In this document: piece by piece, positions 21,644 to 30,286 of the stretch
Position numbering within the stretch: the stretch's first letter is position 1
Layout: every line of letters starts with the position of its first letter
Assembly: GCA_963811105.1 (NCBI GenBank)
Contig: CAWEPZ010000011.1
Location: forward strand, 288,001 to 352,000
Direction of reading: 5' to 3'
Length of the DNA: 64,000 nucleotides
DNA from: Candidatus Bathyarchaeota archaeon
Lineage (GTDB): Archaea > Thermoproteota > Bathyarchaeia > Bathyarchaeales > Bathycorpusculaceae
Notes under the pieces: model-generated
Told to the model about the DNA's origin: nothing
Seen by the model: the letters and a program-made list of their open reading frames with translations, nothing else
Databases searched by the model: none
Position numbers and translations under genes: made by a program

Positions 21644-22339
21644 TTGGCGATAGGCTTTTACGCCCAAGTGTCCGTAATAAGACACATGACACCTGCTAGG
21701 AAAGTGCATTCAACAAAGAGGCACAAGATAACTCGAAAATGGATAATGGCCGTTTCTATACCTCTTCTGGTTGCAATGATATTGACGATCACATACGTTT
21801 GGAACCCTGCAAATTCACCAGTCTCTAACGCTCCAAACGAGCCAGCTGGACTGAAGATACTCGCAGACCATTACACGGGAATAATGAGAAGCTTGAACTC
21901 AAGCCAAACCAAAACCGAAATGGAAGCCCAGCTCGACCCAAACTACAATCAAACCGACCTATTTGTCTGGGAGCAAAACAAGATGACGTTTGCTCAAGAC
22001 CCAATGGGCTGGTATGAAAATCCAATACAAATTCTAAACAGCGGCAAAGGAATTTGCGTACAATGGAGTATAGTCTATGTATCCGCTTGCCTCGCACTTG
22101 GCTACCAGAGCAGGCTCGTCGCAGCGGTCAATACAGCAAGTTGGAACTACATTCATGTATGGGCAGAAGATTACTACAACGGCACCTGGATTCACGTAGA
22201 TCCATCTGACAAAGTCTGGAATAACCCATCAAGATATCAAAGCTGGAACTGGGGTAAAATCGGATCAGAAGTCAGAATCTTCGCATTTGATGACGGAAAA
22301 TTTCAGGAAGTAACATCCAACTACAGCTTTCACGGATAA
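21644..22339 (+). CDS. transglutaminase-like domain membrane protein
   Basis: Cys-His-Asp triad GICVQWS / HVWAE / HVDPS, N-terminal TM. Confidence 0.85.
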   Translation: MAIGFYAQVSVIRHMTPARKVHSTKRHKITRKWIMAVSIPLLVAMILTITYVWNPANSPVSNAPNEPAGLKILADHYTGIMRSLNSSQTKTEMEAQLDPNYNQTDLFVWEQNKMTFAQDPMGWYENPIQILNSGKGICVQWSIVYVSACLALGYQSRLVAAVNTASWNYIHVWAEDYYNGTWIHVDPSDKVWNNPSRYQSWNWGKIGSEVRIFAFDDGKFQEVTSNYSFHG

Positions 22340-22462
22340 TCTTCTTTTCGTTAACGTATTGTTTAAATCTCAATAATATTGAAAATAAAGAAACCAGTTA
22401 GATTCCGAAATAACCCTTATAAAAACTCCAGATAACTCCGATGCACAAAGGAAGGCGAATTA

Positions 22463-22693
22463 ATGTCAAGTTATTTTATAAAGAAAGACTTTGCCATCTA
22501 CGAATACTCCGCAATAAAATGTTATTGTGGCACCAAAATTAGGGTAGTACCCAACATTAAAGTCATGAGCAAAGCAATAGAAGATCACGTCGAAAAACAC
22601 AGACAAAAAATAAAAAACCAGAAAGCTGCGGAAACTGAAGCGAACCGCATATGTGACGACCTAATTGCACAAATGTTCGAAGCAAGCAGGTAA
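22463..22693 (+). CDS. small putative Zn-binding protein
   Basis: CYCG...HVEKH; pseudogene paralog near 5.1 kb. Confidence 0.65.
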   Translation: MSSYFIKKDFAIYEYSAIKCYCGTKIRVVPNIKVMSKAIEDHVEKHRQKIKNQKAAETEANRICDDLIAQMFEASR

Positions 22694-22848
22694 AGCAAAG
22701 TCTCCTATCAGGCACCCGGTTACTTAATAAGTATTAACGCTTAGGTTTTGCAAGTAACAGAAGCGGGAAGGACAGCTCTTAACTACAGAGTATTCCCCTA
22801 GCAAACAGTGTCCCTTATGAGAAAATTTATATTGCTTGCGGGCTTTTC

Positions 22849-23076
22849 TCACGATGAACACCCAAATTGAAGATTTATTTCTCTCTGTTTCTCTGAACTC
22901 CTTAGTTCAGGACACACAGCTGAGACACTCAAGCGTATACCGAACTTATTGTGCACCATTTTCAAGTTGGCGTACCCGCATATACCGCAGTTAGAGTTAT
23001 TCTTTATTACGCTTAGAAAGATACTTTCAAGAACGGTGCCATGGGAGAAATTTTTTGTGCAAAATTTTCGCTCCAT
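22849..23076 (-). CDS. small Cys-containing hypothetical protein
   Basis: 75-aa ORF with CGIC. Confidence 0.35.
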   Translation of the reverse strand: MERKFCTKNFSHGTVLESIFLSVIKNNSNCGICGYANLKMVHNKFGIRLSVSAVCPELRSSEKQREINLQFGCSS

Positions 23077-23091
23077 AAAACTTTCTAAACC

Positions 23092-23165
23092 TAAAACTAA
23101 CTAATATCTTAAGAGTGAATATTAGTTAGTTTTAAAAAACATGTTGTAGTAACGATATTACAACA
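23092..23165. promoter_or_regulatory. two palindromes in a divergent intergenic region
   Basis: Perfect 16-bp arms TAAAACTAACTAATAT/ATATTAGTTAGTTTTA (23092-23134), then TGTTGTA..TACAACA. Confidence 0.55.
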
Positions 23166-23314
23166 ACAAAAAGTAAACCCAAATAGCTTACCACTACGTT
23201 GCCGAGTGCAAAAATAATTTACTGAAATATTTGTTCGACTCGCTTTGTTCAAAAGACAAAAGTATGTTCAAACGTTAATAGTTTTTATATATCTTAACAG
23301 GTCAAGAAATATAT

Positions 23315-23860
23315 ATGCCAAAAATGATTAAAGCACTTATTCTCACCGCAGATAATTTTGAGGACATGGAGTTGTTCTTTCCTTATTTCCGCCTTCTTGA
23401 AGAAGGCTTAGAAGTCGATATAGCTGCGCCTAAGAAAGGACACATAAAAGGAGAACACGGCTACGAGCTGGAAATTCGGAAGACATTTGACGATGTCAAA
23501 CCGGAAGATTATGATCTGTTATTAATTCCAGGCGGATCGCCGTATGGAGCCCCATCAGTTGTTAGAAAGGATGCTAAAGCTCAAGCTATTGCAAAGCTGT
23601 TTTTCAAGTCCAATAAACCCGTTTCCTCTATTTGCCACGGTCCTTGGCTATTAGCTTCTGCAGACGTTGTGAAAGGAAGACATTTGACTGGTTTCTGGCA
23701 TGATGGTGTTCCAGAGGATATAAAGAAAGCAGGTGGCATTTACGAGGACAAAGAAGTAGTTGTTGATGGTAACCTTGTCACTTCACGCTATCCCGGGGAT
23801 TTGCCTGCCTTTATGCGAGAAACAATGCGAATGGTAAATAGGATAAAAAATAGTATATGA
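23315..23860 (+). CDS. pfpI: PfpI/DJ-1 family protease/glyoxalase
   Basis: FEDME, IPGG, SICHGPW, VVVDGNLVTSRYPGDLPAF. Confidence 0.95.
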   Translation: MPKMIKALILTADNFEDMELFFPYFRLLEEGLEVDIAAPKKGHIKGEHGYELEIRKTFDDVKPEDYDLLLIPGGSPYGAPSVVRKDAKAQAIAKLFFKSNKPVSSICHGPWLLASADVVKGRHLTGFWHDGVPEDIKKAGGIYEDKEVVVDGNLVTSRYPGDLPAFMRETMRMVNRIKNSI

Positions 23861-23921
23861 AAATAACCCGATTACATTTAGCCGAAAAATCATGACAGTA
23901 TACTTACAATACAGATATAAG

Positions 23922-24346
23922 TTATGCTGGGTAGAAAACTCCAGTCATATAGATGTAGTACAAATCGGCAGGATGCCAGGCCTGCACAAGGCTCCCAATG
24001 GCAAAGAAACTGTAGCCATTTCCTGCAGTTACAGGAACTACTGCTTGTACAGACATAGGCCAATAAGTTGTTGTTTCATCTCCGATTGGTCCAGCAAATG
24101 TGTAAGAAAGGTTGGGATAAGCATTACTTGTCGTCCCAAGACCTAAACCTGCAATCGTGGAATCTCCACTCAGATCAGCCATAGCATTAACACTGAGTAC
24201 AACATAACCATTTGATGGCGCGGTTAAGGTCACGTTGGCAACAGTTTTGTAATCTGTGGATAGACTAATAAAACTATGAGCATAAGTGTCGTTATACATA
24301 ACTACGACGCCTGATGATCCAGTTGGTCCTGCTGGTCCTCGCGGTC
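23922..24346 (-). CDS. C-terminal half of a collagen-like surface protein interrupted by the integrative element
   Basis: Starts with PRGPAGPTG, then a beta-rich domain; joins in frame with 50253..49715. Confidence 0.88.
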
Positions 24347-24380
24347 TCACTGTTCCAGACTCTAAGAAGTACTGTTTTTT
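24337..24380. repeat. attL: 10-bp core + left inverted arm
   Basis: CCTCGCGGTC overlapping the arm GGTCTCACTGTTCCAGACTCTAAGAAGTACTGTTTTTT. Confidence 0.88.
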
Positions 24381-24463
24381 CCCATCTTTTTCTATGTTCT
24401 TTCAAAGCAAAGTTAGATTATTTTTATAGTTTAAAGTTTTTTGTGTTTTGTGGAGGCCTCTAG

Positions 24464-24733
24464 TTGCCTAGGGCTGGCTCTAAGCGCTACGGTGCAGCCC
24501 AGTTACTAGAGGAGTCCGTCTGTGAGTGTGGGTGTGAGTGTGAGTGTGTGGAGACGTTTTGCTGCCAAAGACGCCGCGACGTCACGCTTGATTTGTCTTT
24601 AGGGGAGAGGCCTTTGGGCAGTGTTGTTTCTGGGGTTCCGGTGTCTTGCAGTTGTCAGGTGGGCTGCAGCAAGGGCATCTTTTGTCTCTTGAAGGCTAAG
24701 CGTATTACTACGGGCAGGAGAGTGAGACGTTGA
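24464..24733 (+). CDS. Cys-rich hypothetical protein (element backbone)
   Basis: 89-aa ORF overlapping the next gene by 4 nt; the CECGCECEC tract comes from GAGTGT microrepeats, so it may be spurious. Confidence 0.35.
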   Translation: MPRAGSKRYGAAQLLEESVCECGCECECVETFCCQRRRDVTLDLSLGERPLGSVVSGVPVSCSCQVGCSKGIFCLLKAKRITTGRRVRR

Positions 24734-24966
24734 AGCAGATCTGTCTCTATGTTCCCAGGTTCTACATCGAGCTTCTTGATGAGGCAGTTGATTTGGGGTT
24801 TTATCCGAATAGAGCTGAGGCGATTCGGCTGGCCATCCGAGGGTTACTCTCTTCGCATGGCAAGTTTAGTGTGCATACGGATTATGAGCCGCCTGAAAAA
24901 ACTGTGTTGTTAGCGGTTGAGAAGCAGCTGGATGATATTGATGAGCGGAGGGCGGCTTTGTGGTGA
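24730..24966 (+). CDS. ribbon-helix-helix (CopG-like) protein
   Basis: QICLYVP..IELLDEAV..G.YPNRAEAIRLAIR. Confidence 0.85.
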   Translation: MKQICLYVPRFYIELLDEAVDLGFYPNRAEAIRLAIRGLLSSHGKFSVHTDYEPPEKTVLLAVEKQLDDIDERRAALW

Positions 24967-25117
24967 ATCATCCTAAACGAAAGCTGGCTCCCGAGTGGGA
25001 GATTCATCTAAGCGAAAACTGTACAGTGACGCCGATGCAAATGGGCAGGACTCGCAGTGAGAAGTGCAGGCAAAGGCGACTTGAGGAAGAGGAGAATAAA
25101 AAAATACGGGAGGCTTC

Positions 25118-25327
25118 GTGAGGTTGTTTTTTGGGAAGAGCTATCGGCGTTTCTATGGTGCCCTTTCGCGCTTCGGTGTATATACTGAGTATGAAGGGTC
25201 TGGTAATTCCCTGCAGGAAATCCAGAATAGAAGTCTCTATTTCAATGTTGATTGGGAAAATCTAAAGTTGACTATTTCTTGGCGGTTCTTGCGTTGGTTT
25301 TCTAGGAGGTCCAAAAGTGAAGCTTGA
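25118..25327 (+). CDS. hypothetical protein (element backbone)
   Basis: GGAGG SD; overlaps the PolX start. Confidence 0.5.
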   Translation: MRLFFGKSYRRFYGALSRFGVYTEYEGSGNSLQEIQNRSLYFNVDWENLKLTISWRFLRWFSRRSKSEA

Positions 25328-25862
25328 AGAGGCTTCGTTTTTAGCTGACGGGGTCCGCTGCGCTCTTAAGCCGTTTTGTGATCGTGTTGAAGTTGCTGGG
25401 TCCATTAGGCGCAAGAAAGCTGAGGTCGGCGACATCGACATTGTTGCCATGCCTAAGCCGTTAGCGTTGCCTGCTCCTTTACTCTTCGGCAGCGTAGTCC
25501 ACACTGAATCTTCGGTTTGGAAAGATCTTATTCCAGCTGCTCTCAAGAAACACGGTTTACGGCTTGAGGCCTCTGGCCAAGAGCTGCTTCGCGCTACTTT
25601 TCTATGTGACAGATTCCAAGTTGATATTTACCGGGCGCGTCCGGAGACCTGGGGCGTGATCCTGCTTGTCCGTACTGGCAGCAAGGACCATAATGTGAAA
25701 CTCTGCACTTTAGCGCGGTCTAAGGGCCTAAAACTTAGCGCCTCTGAGGGCGTAGTTACCCTAGGCGGCTTTGGCCAGGTTATCGCTTCTAGATCTGAAG
25801 AGGAGATTTTCTCAGCGTTAGGCATTAGTTACGTTGAACCGAATTGTAGGGAGGTTTTTTGA
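25317..25862 (+). CDS. minimal family X DNA polymerase (nucleotidyltransferase + thumb only)
   Basis: AGSIRR..VGDIDIV, QVDI, LLVRTGSKDHN, SEEEIFSALG..YVEP..RE. Confidence 0.9.
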   Translation: MKLEEASFLADGVRCALKPFCDRVEVAGSIRRKKAEVGDIDIVAMPKPLALPAPLLFGSVVHTESSVWKDLIPAALKKHGLRLEASGQELLRATFLCDRFQVDIYRARPETWGVILLVRTGSKDHNVKLCTLARSKGLKLSASEGVVTLGGFGQVIASRSEEEIFSALGISYVEPNCREVF

Positions 25863-26171
25863 ATGTGGGCATGTTTGAATGATGAAGGAAGAAAGGTTTG
25901 GGGCGATGTATTCCCAGACGGCAAAATTCCCGTGACCTCAATGGTTTTCCAAGAAACCAAGTTAGGACCTGGAAGTAAACGTGAGTGCGCTGTTTTAATT
26001 GTTTGGAGTGCGCTTTCGAAGGAAAAAAAAGATGCTATCTTAGCCAAAATTAGTGAGAGATTTGGGGCGCCCAAGGACCAAATTCTCAAGGATATTTTGA
26101 GGATTGGGCTGCCGCTGCGAGAATCTCTAACAACTGGAGTTATTGCTGCAGAGCTCAGGTGGTTCATCTGA
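25863..26171 (+). CDS. hypothetical protein (element backbone)
   Basis: Abuts PolX; GGAGG SD. Confidence 0.7.
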   Translation: MWACLNDEGRKVWGDVFPDGKIPVTSMVFQETKLGPGSKRECAVLIVWSALSKEKKDAILAKISERFGAPKDQILKDILRIGLPLRESLTTGVIAAELRWFI

Positions 26172-26485
26172 TGGCTGAACTTGAGGAGTTTACGCTTCCC
26201 AAGTACGGCACCCTGGAATCGTCACGGCTCAGAAGCAAGAAGGCCTACGACCTAGTAAATTTAGTCAGCATAAAGTTTGGGGCATCAATAACCTGGAACA
26301 ATGCGAGCCGATTCAACACAATTAACCGAGTCCTCAAGCCTTCAATATTCTTCAGGTTTCATGGAAACAAATTCATGCCGTACCTAGAATTTCTCAGCGA
26401 TGACCTAGGGGTCCTGCGAGAAATCAAGGAAAGTTTTCCTGCCAATTTTGTTGGCGACGTCGAGATCAAGGGAGGCTTATTGTAG
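26171..26485 (+). CDS. hypothetical protein (element backbone)
   Basis: TGATG coupling with the previous gene. Confidence 0.6.
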   Translation: MAELEEFTLPKYGTLESSRLRSKKAYDLVNLVSIKFGASITWNNASRFNTINRVLKPSIFFRFHGNKFMPYLEFLSDDLGVLREIKESFPANFVGDVEIKGGLL

Positions 26486-26486
26486 A

Positions 26487-26756
26487 ATGCCTAAATGGAC
26501 GCCTCCTTTCTTGGCTGACCGCGAGAAAGCAGTTGATCTCGGTAAATTTGCTAGCTGCAGTATTCGCCCTGAGGAGTCTTTGCCGCTGAACGCTTGTGAG
26601 TTTGCCGGTGCACTCCTCGAGTACACGCTGGGCGCTCGCAGCTGTTTCGCTGCCGATGGAACCTTCTGTCCCAAATCCAGTTTCGCCGATCCTTCCGTTT
26701 ATTGTTCATGCCCTACCCGGCTTGAAAAACTAAAAAATAGAAACGATCCGCCTTAA
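26487..26756 (+). CDS. Cys-rich hypothetical protein (element backbone)
   Basis: MPKWTPP start after a GGAGG SD; several Cys. Confidence 0.55.
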   Translation: MPKWTPPFLADREKAVDLGKFASCSIRPEESLPLNACEFAGALLEYTLGARSCFAADGTFCPKSSFADPSVYCSCPTRLEKLKNRNDPP

Positions 26757-26771
26757 CGGAGTTTATTTTTT

Positions 26772-27788
26772 TTGGCCGCCTCATCTGATAACTCCACAAA
26801 CACCTCTAGCAACACCAGTTTAAACAGTTTAGTTTCAAGCCGGAGCTGGAGCATTGAGAACCGAGTGTTCCATGTAATCGATGCTGCAGAAATTGAGCTG
26901 CGTCCTGCCGAGATTGCCCGTAAACTCCATGCTCCCAAGAAGCCAACGCGCGGCCAATACACAACTGTGCGAGGAGTTATCAGAAAACTCTTAGAAAAAG
27001 GCTTGATTCTGCAACCGTACCTTGGAAGTTACTGCAACAAAATCACATACGGGGTGCGGTTTAATCCGTTGGCAGTGCACAATATTTCTTTGCGGTCCTT
27101 TGTGTGTCAAGACATTAAGTCCTGGGAGAAAGACGAGTTTGTTGGTGGCGTGAAGATTCATGTCTGTTTTGGTGCTGAGCGGAGAAAGATTTCTGGCTAC
27201 ATTGCTTGTGACGTTGGTGGGATGAGTCATGATGCTTGTCTGTTGGCTTTGAATCGTTGGTTTGATATTACCCAGGATCATCTAGGTTGGCAACTTAATG
27301 ACTTGCAGATCCTAACTTTTGAGTGTAACAAAGATTACCATGGAATACGCGTTGATGGCCTGCAATGTATAACTAGGACAGATCTTTTCGGGATGATTGA
27401 GCGAGTCTATCAGAAAGAGGAGAACCTAGTTCGCAAAGAACAGAAAACTGTAGTCCCGATGAGTATTAACAAGTTTGAGGAAGCCATCGCCAAAGGCTTT
27501 AATGATTCAGCGAATTCTCAGGCAAATTTCGAGATAAGACGGGAAGTTAAAGGAAACTCTGATGCCTTAAAGTTCACCAATTCCCGGCTGCTGGGAATGG
27601 AGCGCTTACTCGAGGCTCTCTACAAGCATAAGGTTGCGGATATTGACAAGGTGAAGTGTTTGGAGGGTGAGGTAGCATTGCTGAGAACAGACGTAAACCT
27701 CATGACTTCTACTCTGCGAGAAATCTTCGCGCTGGACAATAACGGCCAAAAAGCGCCTAAGATTGGAGGCAACGATTATGTCAAGTAG
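26772..27788 (+). CDS. HTH + putative Rep_trans-fold replication initiator/relaxase + coiled coil
   Basis: N-terminal HTH (LRPAEIARKL); FECNKD and ERVYQKEENLVRKE resemble Rep_trans motifs (inference). Confidence 0.5.
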   Translation: MAASSDNSTNTSSNTSLNSLVSSRSWSIENRVFHVIDAAEIELRPAEIARKLHAPKKPTRGQYTTVRGVIRKLLEKGLILQPYLGSYCNKITYGVRFNPLAVHNISLRSFVCQDIKSWEKDEFVGGVKIHVCFGAERRKISGYIACDVGGMSHDACLLALNRWFDITQDHLGWQLNDLQILTFECNKDYHGIRVDGLQCITRTDLFGMIERVYQKEENLVRKEQKTVVPMSINKFEEAIAKGFNDSANSQANFEIRREVKGNSDALKFTNSRLLGMERLLEALYKHKVADIDKVKCLEGEVALLRTDVNLMTSTLREIFALDNNGQKAPKIGGNDYVK

Positions 27789-28110
27789 ACGGCACCTGCT
27801 TAAGGGGCGCATTAATTTTCATGAGCGCGGCACCGGTGAGCAAGTCTACGATATTCTAAGTGCGCTGCGCAAGGCTCCTTTGCTGTCCACTCACATTATG
27901 TACCAGGCAAACTTGAACAGCACACTCCTGAAGGATCTTTTGGTTTACATGAGAAACGAGGGGTACATCGAGTATTTGACGGACTACCGGATCCGCTTAA
28001 CAGCGAAGGGCTACAAAACTCTCAGAGTTGTCACTCCCTTTTTTCTTGTCATCACTCGCATCCGTGACATAAGGCGAGAGGTAAGGCGCAGACAAAGGGA
28101 GGCTTCCTAA
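27778..28110 (+). CDS. winged-helix protein related to 2108/8231 family
   Basis: YDILSAL..PLLSTHIMYQANLNS.LLKDLL..EGYI..LTAKG. Confidence 0.75.
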   Translation: MSSRRHLLKGRINFHERGTGEQVYDILSALRKAPLLSTHIMYQANLNSTLLKDLLVYMRNEGYIEYLTDYRIRLTAKGYKTLRVVTPFFLVITRIRDIRREVRRRQREAS

Positions 28111-28252
28111 TTGAGTAATTTTGGTGTTTCGGATAAAAAATGCTGTTTAAATGGCTTTTTTGGGGTAGTACGTACCTATGGGAAAAGTCCATGCTTTTTG
28201 GCATCGAGTTTTCTTATGCTGCCTAAGGTAGATTGGCAGACCCCAATTTTAC

Positions 28253-28831
28253 TTGACGTTAATGGAGGAGAATTCCTTGACTGAACAAAATAGACAGGAT
28301 CTAAGTCAAGAGGTTGTTCAAACACTCAAAAACAAGGCTGAAAAATCCAAAAAGAAGCGCAGCCAATCCCAAAAGGTCGGCACTAACAAATATGATCAAC
28401 AACTCATCAAACGTTGCCTAGTAGGCATTGAAGACATCAAGACTGAGCTGCGTTGGGCACGGGTTGAAAGGGAAAGAACTAGCGAGTCAAAATATTCTCC
28501 AGAAAGAATTGAGTACCATTCTAAGATGGATGATGTAGACAAAGAGATTGTTCAGAGGCTTTTTGAGGTTGGTGTAAACGGAGCGTTGCCTAAGGATGTG
28601 GCTGCCGAGGTTAACAAGCGTAATGGCTACAACTTGGAATATTACGAAGTTAGCCGCAGGCTAGTTCGGTTGAATAAGAAAATGCATTTTGAGACTGGCA
28701 AAACTCTGTTTGAGAAACATGGGCATCGATGGGCAATGAATAGGCTTGGTTTTGAGAGTTACGGCGCCGGCGATGTCGAGGCCCTGTCGAATGTTGACAG
28801 TTTAGTTTTCAATAACAGAGGGGAAGGATGA
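28253..28831 (+). CDS. wHTH-domain protein (element backbone)
   Basis: DDVDKEIVQRLFE.G..GALPKDVAAEV..YEVSRRLVRLNK. Confidence 0.7.
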   Translation: MTLMEENSLTEQNRQDLSQEVVQTLKNKAEKSKKKRSQSQKVGTNKYDQQLIKRCLVGIEDIKTELRWARVERERTSESKYSPERIEYHSKMDDVDKEIVQRLFEVGVNGALPKDVAAEVNKRNGYNLEYYEVSRRLVRLNKKMHFETGKTLFEKHGHRWAMNRLGFESYGAGDVEALSNVDSLVFNNRGEG

Positions 28832-29118
28832 AGAAAACGAAAAAAACGAGGATTCTGACGGTTAATCTTGATTGGCTAGAGTTATTTGAGAAGCCAACTT
28901 CAGCTCATGAATTGTTTAAACATAGTTCTTACAGTTCCTACGCTGGAGCTCATAAACAAGTTCGCAGCCTTGAGCGTTTGGGGCTTATAGCTTTGACGGA
29001 TTCTGCGCTCAACTGTAAAGGTACTATTAAGAAGCTTTTTGTTTTAACTGATAAGGGGCGTTCGTTCCTTAGGCTTATTCCACCTGAAGCTTTGATTCAG
29101 GGTGAGGAGGACCCTTAG
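28828..29118 (+). CDS. winged-helix DNA-binding protein
   Basis: HKQVRSLERLGLI..FVLTDKG. Confidence 0.75.
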   Translation: MKKTKKTRILTVNLDWLELFEKPTSAHELFKHSSYSSYAGAHKQVRSLERLGLIALTDSALNCKGTIKKLFVLTDKGRSFLRLIPPEALIQGEEDP

Positions 29119-29120
29119 TT

Positions 29121-29315
29121 TTGGTGAATTGTGCTTGTGGTTTGACTGCTCGTGAACGGGAGATTTTGCGGCTAGCGGCTTTGGGTTTGACTGATTATAA
29201 GATTGCTCGTAAACTAAGAGTTGAGGCGCCCAACGTTACTCGTTCCCGGTTGAATGCAATTAAGAAGATTGAGAGGGCCAAGGCGGACTTGGCGTTTTTC
29301 GACGGTTTGGGCTAG
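29121..29315 (+). CDS. LuxR/sigma4-like HTH protein
   Basis: LTAREREILRLAALGLTDYKIARKL. Confidence 0.8.
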   Translation: MVNCACGLTAREREILRLAALGLTDYKIARKLRVEAPNVTRSRLNAIKKIERAKADLAFFDGLG

Positions 29316-29431
29316 GAGGTATCGAAGGTTAATCTGATTAGTAAAACAAAGAAACCTTGACTAATCACTTCGAGCTTAGTTGAAGATGTTTGACGAATAA
29401 ACTTTTAAGGTAAAATCAAACTAACAGTTGT

Positions 29432-29803
29432 TTGGCTATTATTAAAAGAATTAAGGTGTTGGCAACTGTTTTATCAGTATTTCTTCTTGCAGGTAGCTCA
29501 CTAATTTTTGCGGATGCTAACTTCACTTCTCCAACTTATCTGCCAGTTTCGTTTTCAAGACCCATGGTTTCAGGGCACAAACACTCCATGTTTCGCTTGT
29601 TCCTCCAAATCTCTCAACCAGCACCTGATTACTCCTCTTTGCAGTTCCTATTTGGAACTGAGGTTGCAGTAACCACAACTGACGGTATGATTGACGGCAA
29701 CTGGCTCCTAGATACATTTGAGGCTTCAAGAGATAACCCGTACCCTAACTGGGACTGCACTATCATGCTGATAAAAAGGAGCAAAAACATAGTTTATGGC
29801 TAA
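29432..29803 (+). pseudogene. secreted protein N-terminus truncated at the IS110 fragment
   Basis: Signal peptide; runs into IS110 sequence. Confidence 0.5.
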
Positions 29804-30248
29804 GTGGGGAAATCAAATAGTCAACACTGGGAGTCATTTGGCGTCTTGGGCGGGTTTGGCGCCATCGGTTTATCAGTCTGCGGGCGTGTTTGTTACGGGT
29901 CATATTACGAAGAAGGGTTCTAAGTGGCTTAGGCATGTTATGGTTGAAGTGGCTCATGTTGCCGTGAGGGTTAGGAGTTCGCGGTTGCGGGCGTTTTATT
30001 TGAGGAAGAAGGCTAGGAAGGGTGAGAAGATTGCTGTTGTGGCTGTTGCTAGGAAGATGTTGACGGTTATTTGGCATTTGCTGAAGGAAGGTGAGATGTA
30101 TGTTGATGACGTGTTTGGGAAGAAGGTCAAAGGAGTGAAGGTTGCGTATTGTGGGCATGTTTCTTTAGATGAGATGGCTAGGATTTTGCGTGAGGCTGGA
30201 TTCATGGTGTTGGGTGGTTCGGACGGCTGAAGAAGAAAAGACTTTTCA
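29796..30248 (+). mobile_element. IS110-family transposase C-terminal fragment
   Basis: LASWAGLAPSVYQSAG..GHITKKGSKWLR..AVVAVARKML. Confidence 0.88.
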
Positions 30249-30286
30249 TTGCAAAAAAAAAATAAAATAATTCTTTATTTCTTCCG

